NCBI GenBank assembly: GCA_963705895.1 | Contig: OY970122.1 | Span: forward strand, 1,270,075-1,334,074 | Source: Candidatus Aminicenantes bacterium | GTDB lineage: Bacteria; Acidobacteriota; Aminicenantia; Aminicenantales; JAFGAV01 | DNA: 64,000 bases | Direction: 5' to 3' | Shown: positions 7,210-14,950 of the stretch, in pieces | How positions within the stretch are numbered: position 1 is the stretch's first letter | Layout of the letters: every line of letters begins with the position of its first letter | Program-made: the position numbers and the translations under genes | The notes under the pieces: model-generated | Told to the model about the DNA's origin: nothing | The model's database searches: none | The model's input: only the letters and a program-made list of their open reading frames with translations

Positions 7210-8202
7210 TCACCACATCACGGCAACTGAGCATTTGCCGCCCCTGAGATCGAGCATAAGCCGGCAGCCGCCGCCATTGGTCCGGGCCTGGGCAATAATC
7301 CGCTCCAAGTCGGGGAGCCTGTCTTCCGGCCAACGGGGATCGAGGCGCAGCCGCTTCAATCCGGCCAGGTCATAATCCTGCCAGCCGTCGCTGTCCAACC
7401 GCTTGCCCTGGGCGTTTCGAAGGTCTCGCTGCTTGGCGTCCAGCCGGGCCTTCACGTCCGGCGTCGAATTGATCCCAATGGGAGACCGAAGACTCGCTTC
7501 GAGGGCAACTAACATTTGCACGAGCCTCTCTCTAAACGCCGAGGCCGGGGCCGTCCGCGCAAAGGCGATGTTGTACTCAGCCTCGAGCTCCACGGCTTCG
7601 GCTTCGAGTAGAGCACGATGTTTGGCCCGGATCGTCTGCCGGAGATCCGTGAGTTTCTCTTGAGCGGCGGCCTGAGCTTTGGCTATAGCGTCTTTCTCCG
7701 AGATTCCCTTTGCGAAATATTCCGCGGCGGTGGTCCGGCCTTCGTCGAGGGCTTTCTTTGTTACATCCTGGGCCTCAAGTCTCGCCGTTTCCTCGGCTTC
7801 GAGCTGGGCCTCGATTCGCTCGAAGTCCGCGGTCATGCCGGCCAGGACCTCCTGGCCCTTCTCGCGCCTGACCCGCGCCGCGTCCCGGACCTTTTCCTGC
7901 TCGGCAATGATCCGGTTGTAGTGCTTCTCGCTCGCCGCGACGTCCTCCCGGATTTTTTCTTCCTGGACGCGATAGACGTCGAGAGCCGTTTTTGGAGTTT
8001 TACTTTCCACTCTTCGCCGCCCCCTTCTCGGCTTCCCTTTTCTCGTCCGCAGCTTTTTCTCCGCCTCGCGCTGCCGCTGGACGGCCTCAATGTTGTGCGT
8101 GGTAATCAGAGGCTCCGAGTGGCCGGGACGCTTGGGTTTCGCCACCGGACTCTCGGTCGTGACCGCGACTTCCCGGCCGTCCTTGTCTTTGATGCTTCTC
8201 AC
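7210..8202 (-). CDS. hypothetical Ala/Glu/Lys/Arg-rich coiled-coil protein (scaffold-like), 330 aa
   Basis: GTG start overlapping the upstream small ORF stop (GTGA). A long low-complexity helical middle (EAEETARLEAQDVTKKALDEG ... LEAEAVELEAEYNIAF) sits in the operon position after TerL. Confidence 0.55.
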   Translation of the reverse strand: MRSIKDKDGREVAVTTESPVAKPKRPGHSEPLITTHNIEAVQRQREAEKKLRTRKGKPRRGRRRVESKTPKTALDVYRVQEEKIREDVAASEKHYNRIIAEQEKVRDAARVRREKGQEVLAGMTADFERIEAQLEAEETARLEAQDVTKKALDEGRTTAAEYFAKGISEKDAIAKAQAAAQEKLTDLRQTIRAKHRALLEAEAVELEAEYNIAFARTAPASAFRERLVQMLVALEASLRSPIGINSTPDVKARLDAKQRDLRNAQGKRLDSDGWQDYDLAGLKRLRLDPRWPEDRLPDLERIIAQARTNGGGCRLMLDLRGGKCSVAVMW

Positions 8203-8463
8203 CTTGATACCTCCTCATTCAAAAATTTCCAATCGTTCCTGAGCATCCCGGTCTCGGGGTCAATGCCTCCCCCCAGGTCCCGGATCTGGAAGATGCTCCG
8301 TCTGTGCCGTGGGCGCTTTGCCCATTTGCGTTCGGCAATGATCTGACCGCCCCACGGCTGCCCGCTCCGACTCCGGCCAGAGTTTCAGGTCCGAAAAGGT
8401 GTATTGAACCCTCCGGTTGTTCGTTGTTAGCATCATGCTAAAACCTCCTAAAAAAATTGATGT

Positions 8464-8712
8464 TCATTCCTTAATCCGCTTCCGGGCTGCTGCCGTCAAA
8501 TTTCCCTTGCCGTCAAAATCCATGGTTGTAACGAAATTTAATTTTTCCCCCAGCGGAGCGAATTTGGTCTCTGATTGAATCGCCTGGGCCGTCATCCGGG
8601 CCAGGGCTTCAATTTCGTCCGGCGAGTTTCGGCCGTCATGCAAAACGCTCATACCCCGGCCCTCGCTCCGCCGACTTATGAGCCGTTCGAGCATCCTGAT
8701 AAATTTGCTCAT
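8464..8712 (-). CDS. hypothetical protein, 82 aa
   Basis: ORF with an ATGA overlap to the TerL stop. No family recognised. Confidence 0.45.
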   Translation of the reverse strand: MSKFIRMLERLISRRSEGRGMSVLHDGRNSPDEIEALARMTAQAIQSETKFAPLGEKLNFVTTMDFDGKGNLTAAARKRIKE

Positions 8713-10196
8713 CGTTTCTCTCCCATTTTATTGACCAGCGCCGCAAAAAGTGATCCGCCGTTGACGTCCTCCGTGTCAGAGCCATAAACGGCTTCGTCGG
8801 AAAAGATAGCCAGGGCGAAACCCTTGGGCTTGCTGCAAGCCTCGACGCAGGCTCCGGCAACCGCGTTGCACAGGTCATCATGGCCGCCGGTGTAATGAGT
8901 GATGAGATCCTTGCCCCCTGCCCTGGCCCGCCGCTCGAGGCCAGCGAATTGCGCCGCCATGCGTTTATCGTCCAGTAGTTCAACCGAGCCGTTCATGAGC
9001 AGCGGGAGAAATTCCAGATAAAGCTCCGAGGCCGACTGCTCCGAGTTCTTAACCGCGATTCCCTGCTCCCTAAATGCTTCCGTCACCCACTCCCCGGCGT
9101 AGCGATCGGAGCCGGCCTCCGTGCAGCCATAGGCCCGCAGCACATCTGAGAATTCGGCCACTACACCCTTCGGCTGGAAAGGCGGACGGCGCTCCCGCAG
9201 CACGTCTAGAACGATCTTCCCGCTTTTCTCCAGGTGACAAATCGCAAGCGTAAAGCTGTCCTGCCGGCCCCCGCTCGGGTCGATGAAGGCATGATATTGA
9301 GCCTCCGTGATCCGTGGGAGTTCATGCCGGCCGGGGATGATGCACGTCTCGATGACTTCCGAGCTGATGAACGCCGAGATATCACTCCGCCATTCCGCAT
9401 CCCACTCACTCTTCGCGGCTAGGGGGTCCTCGGCAAATGCCCGCTCAATCTCGCCCCGGTCAATTGTCGGGTTCATCGTAAGCGTTGGGGCTTTCCAAAT
9501 AAGCGACTTCCCCGGCTGCCCGAAAGATGCTTTCCAGGCGTCATACAAAACACCCGTCCGGGAATAGGGCGAGCTGATGCCAATGAGCAGGGATTCGGGA
9601 ATCGTAGCAAGCGCCGGCCGCAGGGCTCCGAGAATTTCCTTGTCCGGGTTCGCGCTGTCCTCACTGCGATAAAAGGCCAGCTCTTCAAGAATCGCGCAAG
9701 CCACGGAGTAGCCCCGGACCGCCCGGAAAGAAGCCGTCTTGATCGAGATCGTCATCCGGTTTTTCAGGTGGATCTCTTCCTTCGTCTCCCGCTCGACCAT
9801 CGCCCGGAGCATCTTGCTCTCAGACAGGAATGCCGAGATATAGCGCTTGATGATCCCCGCCTGTGCCTTGTCCACAGCAATGATGAAAATATATCCCCGC
9901 TCCCCAGGGCTGAGATAGGGCGTCCAATTCTTGAACGAGGCCAGGAAGACCGCGATCATCGCGCTTATCCTGGACTTGCCACTTCTACGTCCGGCAACAA
10001 CGTAGCTTTCTCGAGCCGCCCTGCTGGGCGCTTCACTCAACCCCGTGCAATCGAACAGGAGCTGCCTGTCCGCCGCGCTCTCTTGTGCCAGGCCGAAGAG
10101 CGCCCGGAGATATACAAGCCAAGCCTGCCACGTCCCCAGGTCCTTGAAAAACGGCTTAAACAGCCGGGAGTCCTGAATCGCCTCGATGATGGTCAT
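8709..10196 (-). CDS. phage terminase large subunit (TerL)
   Basis: The start at MTIIEAIQDSRLFKPFF overlaps the upstream stop (ATGA). It has a Walker A VVAGRRSGKSRISAM and a C-terminal RNaseH-like nuclease block AFIDPSGGRQDSFTLAICH. About 495 aa. Confidence 0.75.
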   Translation of the reverse strand: MTIIEAIQDSRLFKPFFKDLGTWQAWLVYLRALFGLAQESAADRQLLFDCTGLSEAPSRAARESYVVAGRRSGKSRISAMIAVFLASFKNWTPYLSPGERGYIFIIAVDKAQAGIIKRYISAFLSESKMLRAMVERETKEEIHLKNRMTISIKTASFRAVRGYSVACAILEELAFYRSEDSANPDKEILGALRPALATIPESLLIGISSPYSRTGVLYDAWKASFGQPGKSLIWKAPTLTMNPTIDRGEIERAFAEDPLAAKSEWDAEWRSDISAFISSEVIETCIIPGRHELPRITEAQYHAFIDPSGGRQDSFTLAICHLEKSGKIVLDVLRERRPPFQPKGVVAEFSDVLRAYGCTEAGSDRYAGEWVTEAFREQGIAVKNSEQSASELYLEFLPLLMNGSVELLDDKRMAAQFAGLERRARAGGKDLITHYTGGHDDLCNAVAGACVEACSKPKGFALAIFSDEAVYGSDTEDVNGGSLFAALVNKMGEKR

Positions 10197-10459
10197 GAGT
10201 TTACCTCTTCCACCGTTCGCAACATTGCCCGGAGCCTGTCCCTGAGCCCCTTGGCCTTCCCCGCCTTCAGCGCAGCCGTTAACGCCTCTACACTCCAATT
10301 GAGAAGCCGGCAACGCGGAGAGCAGAAATCCCTTTTCCTGCCTGTCAATTCGGAGAGACAGACGCGGCAGGCCCGGGCCCCTTGCTGGCTGGGAGACGTC
10401 TGCCCGGTGTTCGGCCGTCTCAGGGGCGTTAACACTTTGCTAGGGCCATGCCTGCTCAT
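10193..10459 (-). CDS. small zinc-ribbon-like protein, 88 aa
   Basis: Carries CRVCLSELTGRKRDFCSPRCRL (C-x2-C ... C-x3-C). Translationally coupled to RusA upstream and TerL downstream. Confidence 0.45.
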   Translation of the reverse strand: MSRHGPSKVLTPLRRPNTGQTSPSQQGARACRVCLSELTGRKRDFCSPRCRLLNWSVEALTAALKAGKAKGLRDRLRAMLRTVEEVNS

Positions 10460-10899
10460 TGCTCGGACCTCATAAGGGATTCCAGCCTGACCCTCATGCC
10501 CTGGGTCCGGCTGTATCGCTTCTTGATCTGTGCATCCGCTATCTGTGAATCGTTCCTGAAGGCCAAGCCTTGAAGTGCATCCGCCGCGGTCTTCATGATG
10601 TTGTCCACGTCCGGCCGCTTCTCAGGCAGGATCTCGCCGGCTTCCATCGCCGCCTGTCTCTTGCCACTCACTGACTTTGGAATGAGCAGGCAGGCTTCGA
10701 TGACCAAGGACAACGGACCCTCAAGAGGGATGAACCCGGGATAGGCCACGGCGAAGAGCTGCTTAATCAGCGCCTCATAGTTGGCCGTCTTCTCGGGAGT
10801 GACCCCACGCCGGACGATGAACCCGGTCTTTGTTCGAACAGGAAAGACCCTGGCCCTCTGCTTCCCCACCGGCTCACCCGGGATGAAGAGTTCAATCAT
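10456..10899 (-). CDS. rusA: RusA-family Holliday-junction resolvase
   Basis: GEPVGKQRARV ... KRPDVDNIMKTAADALQGLAFRNDSQI matches the RusA D-x-D-N ... D-A-L ... D-D/S-Q-I core. Confidence 0.8.
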   Translation of the reverse strand: MIELFIPGEPVGKQRARVFPVRTKTGFIVRRGVTPEKTANYEALIKQLFAVAYPGFIPLEGPLSLVIEACLLIPKSVSGKRQAAMEAGEILPEKRPDVDNIMKTAADALQGLAFRNDSQIADAQIKKRYSRTQGMRVRLESLMRSEQ

Positions 10900-11423
10900 T
10901 GCCGTTCCCCTTCGCCCTGCCCTGATTCATCGCCCGAGGTTCGCTCAGGTTGCCCGATCTCCGCGCCGCCCTTGTCCTTGGCCGGGGGTTTCTCTGCATC
11001 CCGTTGCTCGATGTATCGGCCCAGGTCCAGAACCTCATCCGCCTTTTTCTTGTCCAATCCAAGGGCAACCAGAGCCCGGTCGATGCTGTTGACATAGGCC
11101 AAATAACTCTGACCAAGGGCAGGCACGAGCTCGGACACGGGCTTGCCCTTGTACTTCATGAAGGCGCCGTTCTTGGAGACGTGGATCTCGATGAGTCGGC
11201 AAATAGCAAGGCGAGAGATTATGCGGTCAATCATGACCCGCTGTTGCTCTGTGAGTCGGTCCTCGCCCCCGGCCACGTCCCGGACAAGGCCAGCCCTCAC
11301 GTCCTCGAGGTACTGCCGGACCCTGGGATGTTCACGCCTGAGCAGTTCATCCCGGGCAAAGGACAAGCAGTAACCGCCGTGTTTGTGAGGCCGGCCGGTC
11401 TTCCTTGGCTTCTTTTTCGTCAT
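10896..11423 (-). CDS. phage-related protein, possibly terminase small subunit-like
   Basis: The N-terminus KKKPRKTGRPHKHGGY resembles the GRP-x-K DNA-binding heads of small terminases. Its position upstream of the TerL block fits. This is weak, memory-based evidence. Confidence 0.35.
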   Translation of the reverse strand: MTKKKPRKTGRPHKHGGYCLSFARDELLRREHPRVRQYLEDVRAGLVRDVAGGEDRLTEQQRVMIDRIISRLAICRLIEIHVSKNGAFMKYKGKPVSELVPALGQSYLAYVNSIDRALVALGLDKKKADEVLDLGRYIEQRDAEKPPAKDKGGAEIGQPERTSGDESGQGEGERQ

Positions 11424-11477
11424 TTCATAACTCTTTTGTTTTCATTAACTTAGGTTTACGCCGCCTTTCCAAGGTGC

Positions 11478-11504
11478 ACAAAGGCGAAAGGCAAAGGCGA
11501 AAGG
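11478..11504 (-). repeat. CCTTTCG repeat cluster (CCTTTCGCCTTTGCCTTTCGCCTTTG), internal copy
   Basis: The minus strand matches the left-arm motif at 5273-5291 over ~20 nt with a single 1-nt indel. Confidence 0.5.
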
Positions 11505-11653
11505 TCTGTTTTTTGAGGTGCGAAAAGTGCGGTATTCATTGGACTTTTGGCACGGAACGAAGTGGATGTGATGTCCAGCGCATGGACGCCTGACCTGAAG
11601 AGCATCGAAGGGACAAGAAGGCGGATGTCTGCGGCGGGGTTTTGCCAGCATTT

Positions 11654-11851
11654 CTGCTGTTTCAACGGTGATGAAACAGCAGACCTCATTTTGAGCCTCG
11701 GAAAGGGTTGCTTTTTGGACTACCTGTTTCATAGGTGTTTCACGAAAACATTGAGGTGTTTCACCTGTTTCAAGCTGTTTCCGCAGTGATGAAACAGCAG
11801 CGAAGGGTGGTGTTTCATTTGCTGTTTCTCTATATGAAACAGCATGAAACC
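11654..11851. repeat. iteron/palindrome array, putative replication origin of the element
   Basis: Contains about 12 copies of TGTTTCA/TGAAACA. These include three palindromes GCTGTTTC(A/C/T)-N5-7-TGAAACAGC at 11656-11680, 11774-11798 and 11821-11843, and direct copies at 11725, 11736, 11757, 11766 and 11811. The array starts 6 nt downstream of the helicase stop. Confidence 0.65.
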
Positions 11852-11856
11852 CACGG

Positions 11857-13257
11857 TCAGATTGCTGGTTCATAAAACTTGGCTCCTTTGAGTCCGGTAC
11901 GTGCCCGCCAGCGACGTTCTCGAATTCCCCGCTTTAAGAGGGCGATGTATTTATCTTTCCGACCGCAGCCGGCGACGTTTTCTTTGGCCCAGTCGAAGAT
12001 CTCGCCCTGGTTTTGGTCCCGGCCAGCTCCGCGGATGTATTCGGCAAGGGAATTGATAGCGGCGGCATCGGGGTCTTCTTCTAGAGTAAACACGCCTGTA
12101 TCATAATTGGCTGTGACGTAGAGTTTGATCGGCGAATACCTGGTTTTCTTCCCGGTGCCGAGGTGATAGAGGGCGTCCGGGTCATACTCAGCGGATTCGA
12201 TTTCTTCCTTGATCTCTTTGAGTGTTCCCCGGCGGACTCGATGGAAGGCGATAGTCTGATCGGCCAAGTCTTCCCAGGCGGTGCTGCCTTTAGCAGAGCG
12301 TTCGTTGCTTCGGGGGGTGTGATGCAGGAGAACGATGTCGTTGTCGAGCTCGCGAAGTTCCTTGAGTCGGTTCATCACGAGCCCTACGTCCTGGGAGCTG
12401 TTCTCGTCGCCGTCATGACAGGATCGGGCGGTGTCGAAGAAGACGAGTCCGCCGGTCGGCAGTCCCTTATATAGAACCCATTCGGGTGCGTCGAGCTTTG
12501 GCGGTTGCGTCTTGAAGGACAGGTGCCAGAAGAGGACATCGCGGATGTCCATCGACCTCACGCGGTCGACGAGCAGCGGCCAGGGGTTCTCGCGGTCGAT
12601 ATAGAAGACAGGTTTCTTTTTGGTGGGAAGTCCGAGGAAGGATTCGCCAAGGGAAACTGCTTTGCCGAGGGCCAGGGCAAGCCACGTCTTTCCCACTCCG
12701 CCCGGACCATAGATTAGGGTGAGGGCTCGCTCGGGGATGAGCTTGTCCACAGTCCACTCAACATGGACATCCAGGGCCTGAAGTTGGGAGCCGGTCATCA
12801 AGACCTTGTCCGGGTCGAACGCGGCCTTCCTCTTTTTGGCGGGGTCGAGTGCCGCAACCTGCTCAAGGATCTCCTGGGCGGAAGTGAAGTCGGGCTCTTG
12901 GCCGTTCCCGGCTTCGTGGGCAATTCTCTGAGCTTCGACCGCGAGCTTCGGGGCCAGGCGCTGGAGCGATATCCTGTGCATGGATTCGCGGACGTTCTCG
13001 GCCGTCGTGCCCCGCGGGATCCCTTCAGTCAAGCTCATCAAAAAGGCATAGTCGATTCCCTGGCCCGAGACGATCTCGAAAATGTTCGCGTCATTAATTT
13101 CGCGGCCGTCCTCGCGGAGCCGGGCCATAGCAGAAAAAACGAGGCTGTTTTTTTCCTTGAGGAAGAATCCGGACGCGAGCTCATCCGCAAGCTCATCAAA
13201 GAGGTGAGGATTGAGGCAAACCGAACCCAGGGCGAACCGTTCATCGTTGTATATCAT
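11857..13257 (-). CDS. replicative helicase: DnaB-N-terminal-like domain fused to a RepA/AAA_25 RecA-type ATPase
   Basis: The N-terminus ERFALGSVCLNPHLFDEL ... VFSAMARLRE is DnaB_N-like. It also has a Walker A LIYGPGGVGKTWLALAL and a Walker B GLVFFDT. Confidence 0.7.
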   Translation of the reverse strand: MIYNDERFALGSVCLNPHLFDELADELASGFFLKEKNSLVFSAMARLREDGREINDANIFEIVSGQGIDYAFLMSLTEGIPRGTTAENVRESMHRISLQRLAPKLAVEAQRIAHEAGNGQEPDFTSAQEILEQVAALDPAKKRKAAFDPDKVLMTGSQLQALDVHVEWTVDKLIPERALTLIYGPGGVGKTWLALALGKAVSLGESFLGLPTKKKPVFYIDRENPWPLLVDRVRSMDIRDVLFWHLSFKTQPPKLDAPEWVLYKGLPTGGLVFFDTARSCHDGDENSSQDVGLVMNRLKELRELDNDIVLLHHTPRSNERSAKGSTAWEDLADQTIAFHRVRRGTLKEIKEEIESAEYDPDALYHLGTGKKTRYSPIKLYVTANYDTGVFTLEEDPDAAAINSLAEYIRGAGRDQNQGEIFDWAKENVAGCGRKDKYIALLKRGIRERRWRARTGLKGAKFYEPAI

Positions 13258-13302
13258 CGTTGTCCCTTGCCTGGTCCGGCCGGGGTCTTGACAGAGGGGG
13301 GA

Positions 13303-13620
13303 TTAAGATTTATGCTTCTCATGTTCATGAGTCGTGCGTCCTGTGCGATTCAATTTCCCCACCCCGGACCCCCCCGGGGTTCGCCTGCCCGTGCTCATTC
13401 TCGCCGTCTGCTCGTCCAGGACGATCTCTTGTCTCTCGAGTTGTTCGTCGTATCGCCGGCGGTCGATTCTGATCTGGCCGCGTCCGCCTGGACGGATGGA
13501 CGGAATCTTGACGAAGGGAATTTTTTTTTGCTTACAAAGAGAATACAGGGTTTGAACGTGCAGACCGTATGCCAGGCTCGCAGCAGGGATCGAAAGCCAG
13601 CGGGGTTCGACGGGGCTCAT
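13303..13620 (-). CDS. excisionase/MerR-type HTH (HTH_17-like) DNA-binding protein
   Basis: MSPVEPRWLSIPAASLAYGLHVQTLYSLCKQKKIPFVKIPS. ATGA overlap with the Cro-like gene. Confidence 0.6.
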   Translation of the reverse strand: MSPVEPRWLSIPAASLAYGLHVQTLYSLCKQKKIPFVKIPSIRPGGRGQIRIDRRRYDEQLERQEIVLDEQTARMSTGRRTPGGSGVGKLNRTGRTTHEHEKHKS

Positions 13621-13829
13621 TTCTTGCCCTCGAGTTCGGGGAAGATCCACTCAGGCCGAACGCGCAAGACCCGTGCCACTTCCACCTTGAGTCTGATTCC
13701 CGCCGGCGTGTTTCCGACCTGGCCAGTCTCAAGGCGCGAAAGTTGCGCAGGATCCTGGCCGATAGCGGTCGCAAGCTCACGTTGACTCATGCCCTGAATT
13801 TCTCGGGCGCGTTTCAGGTTGTTGCTCAT
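13617..13829 (-). CDS. Cro/XRE-like HTH regulator, 70 aa
   Basis: LKRAREIQGMSQRELATAIGQDPAQLSRLETGQ is an HTH_3 pattern. It is the first gene of the long minus-strand operon. Confidence 0.75.
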   Translation of the reverse strand: MSNNLKRAREIQGMSQRELATAIGQDPAQLSRLETGQVGNTPAGIRLKVEVARVLRVRPEWIFPELEGKK

Positions 13830-13861
13830 GGTTACCTCACCCTATGATGGCATTCCCCCCC

Positions 13862-13890
13862 TTGACATTTCAATTGAAACCTAGTACAGT
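13862..13890 (+). promoter_or_regulatory. sigma70-type promoter with embedded 12-bp palindrome, driving the 234-aa gene
   Basis: TTGACA (13862-13867), a 17-nt spacer, then TACAGT (13885-13890). The spacer contains the perfect palindrome TTTCAATTGAAA (13868-13879). The ATG at 13902 lies only 11 nt after the -10 element. Confidence 0.55.
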
Positions 13891-13901
13891 ACTACACACA
13901 A

Positions 13902-14606
13902 ATGAATCTAGGTGAAGCTCGGTCACTGTTATACGACATCCTCGCGGATCGCCAGCACACCGGATGCTGTTGCGCCGCCTGCTGCTACGCGGCCTATCAT
14001 CGAAGCAGATTGCCCAAGGGCCGAACGTATGCCAAGCGGGTTTTTTTCCTGTTCGACCTGTGGCGTAATTGTGCTTTTTATCTTAATTTCGATCGTGAAT
14101 TCCGACGTAGATATGAACCGAAAGGCCGGATAAAATCTTTTTGGATTAGTCCCGATTCAACGGAGTACCGTGCCATTGGAAAACTTCCAGATCCTAAACC
14201 GGGAGAACCTGGGTACTACGATGAATATGGATACATCCAGGTTCGTGGTTGGTCCCCCGATGTCGATGATAATGACCATGCCAAATTCGAGCACGTCAGG
14301 GCCACGATCAAAAATAAAGCGAAGCGCGACGCAGCGCTGGAGAAACTGGCCAAAAAATCAGAAGCGGCTTACCGCAGAAATTTGAGGGACAACGAAATCC
14401 GGATGGTTAAGGATTTTATGCGAGAGGTCAGGCATCGAACGCGCTCCATAATCGAGGACCTCATGGAAACCGAAACGTCCCGGGAAGGAAAAAGATTCCT
14501 GGCCGGCTATCTGAACAAAAATAATTTCTATGAGTATTATCGGCGGTCCCAGGATCCGAAATTCATGAAGCTCGCCTGGAAACTTCGGGGTCGAATTCAA
14601 AGTTGA
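13902..14606 (+). CDS. hypothetical Cys-rich/basic protein (234 aa), cargo gene next to the tRNA
   Basis: It is the only plus-strand gene of the element. It has an HTGCCCAACCYAAYH cluster and a Lys/Arg/Glu-rich helical C-terminal half. No family recognised. Confidence 0.55.
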   Translation: MNLGEARSLLYDILADRQHTGCCCAACCYAAYHRSRLPKGRTYAKRVFFLFDLWRNCAFYLNFDREFRRRYEPKGRIKSFWISPDSTEYRAIGKLPDPKPGEPGYYDEYGYIQVRGWSPDVDDNDHAKFEHVRATIKNKAKRDAALEKLAKKSEAAYRRNLRDNEIRMVKDFMREVRHRTRSIIEDLMETETSREGKRFLAGYLNKNNFYEYYRRSQDPKFMKLAWKLRGRIQS

Positions 14607-14637
14607 TGTCGATCGCCGCATCCCGGGCCAGTAAGTA

Positions 14638-14663
14638 CCTTTCGTGTCACCTTTCGTGTTGAG
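14638..14663 (+). repeat. phased CCTTTCG repeat pair (CCTTTCGTGTCACCTTTCGTGTTGAG), right arm
   Basis: Two CCTTTCG units 12 nt apart, 116 nt inside the tRNA-proximal att repeat. The second unit plus TGTTGAG is identical to the left-arm copy. Confidence 0.55.
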
Positions 14664-14778
14664 GGCTGAAACCAGCGTTTTTTGATGTATTTTTGCTCCA
14701 TTGACCTTGTGCAAAAAGGGAGCGGTGAGCCTGGTCCTAGGCTCTCTTATTTTCTGGATCTACACAGCAGATTTGGAA

Positions 14779-14864
14779 TGCCGGAGGAGGGAATCGAACC
14801 CACACCCGTGTTGCCACAGACTGGATTTTGAGTCCAGCGCGTCTGCCAGTTCCGCCACTCCGGC
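14779..14864 (-). tRNA. tRNA-Leu (anticodon CAA)
   Basis: 86 nt: GCCGGAGTGGCGGAACTGGCAGACGCGCTGGACTCAAAATCCAGTCTGTGGCAACACGGGTGTGGGTTCGATTCCCTCCTCCGGCA. It has a 7-bp acceptor, a CT-CAA-AA anticodon loop, a long variable arm, and no encoded CCA. Confidence 0.9.
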
Positions 14865-14950
14865 GCGGGAACATTATTAGCATTTTCGGCAGGAGGGGTC
14901 AAGGGAAGTGGATTTAAATGGCAACACCTATTTGATTTTTAAGACGATTT

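Larger units (their letters stand above)
5157..14864. mobile_element. ~9.6-kb integrative, phage-satellite-like element inserted at the 3' end of tRNA-Leu(CAA)
   Basis: A 59-bp direct repeat bounds the element. The interior carries integrase, RHH, TerL, RusA, helicase and Cro/Xis-like HTH genes, almost all on the minus strand with ATGA/GTGA stop-start overlaps. GC is visibly lower than in the chromosome to the right. No portal, capsid or tail genes were found. Confidence 0.8.

Noticed and set aside
11654-11851. Possible CRISPR array
   Set aside because: The repeat unit is only 7-9 nt and occurs in both orientations with irregular spacing of 3-40 nt. There are no spacer-sized unique segments and no cas genes.
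11445-11873. 142-aa minus-strand ORF with repeated ETP tripeptides
   Set aside because: The repeats are the translation of the TGTTTCA iteron array. There is no SD, and the region is better explained as non-coding origin DNA.
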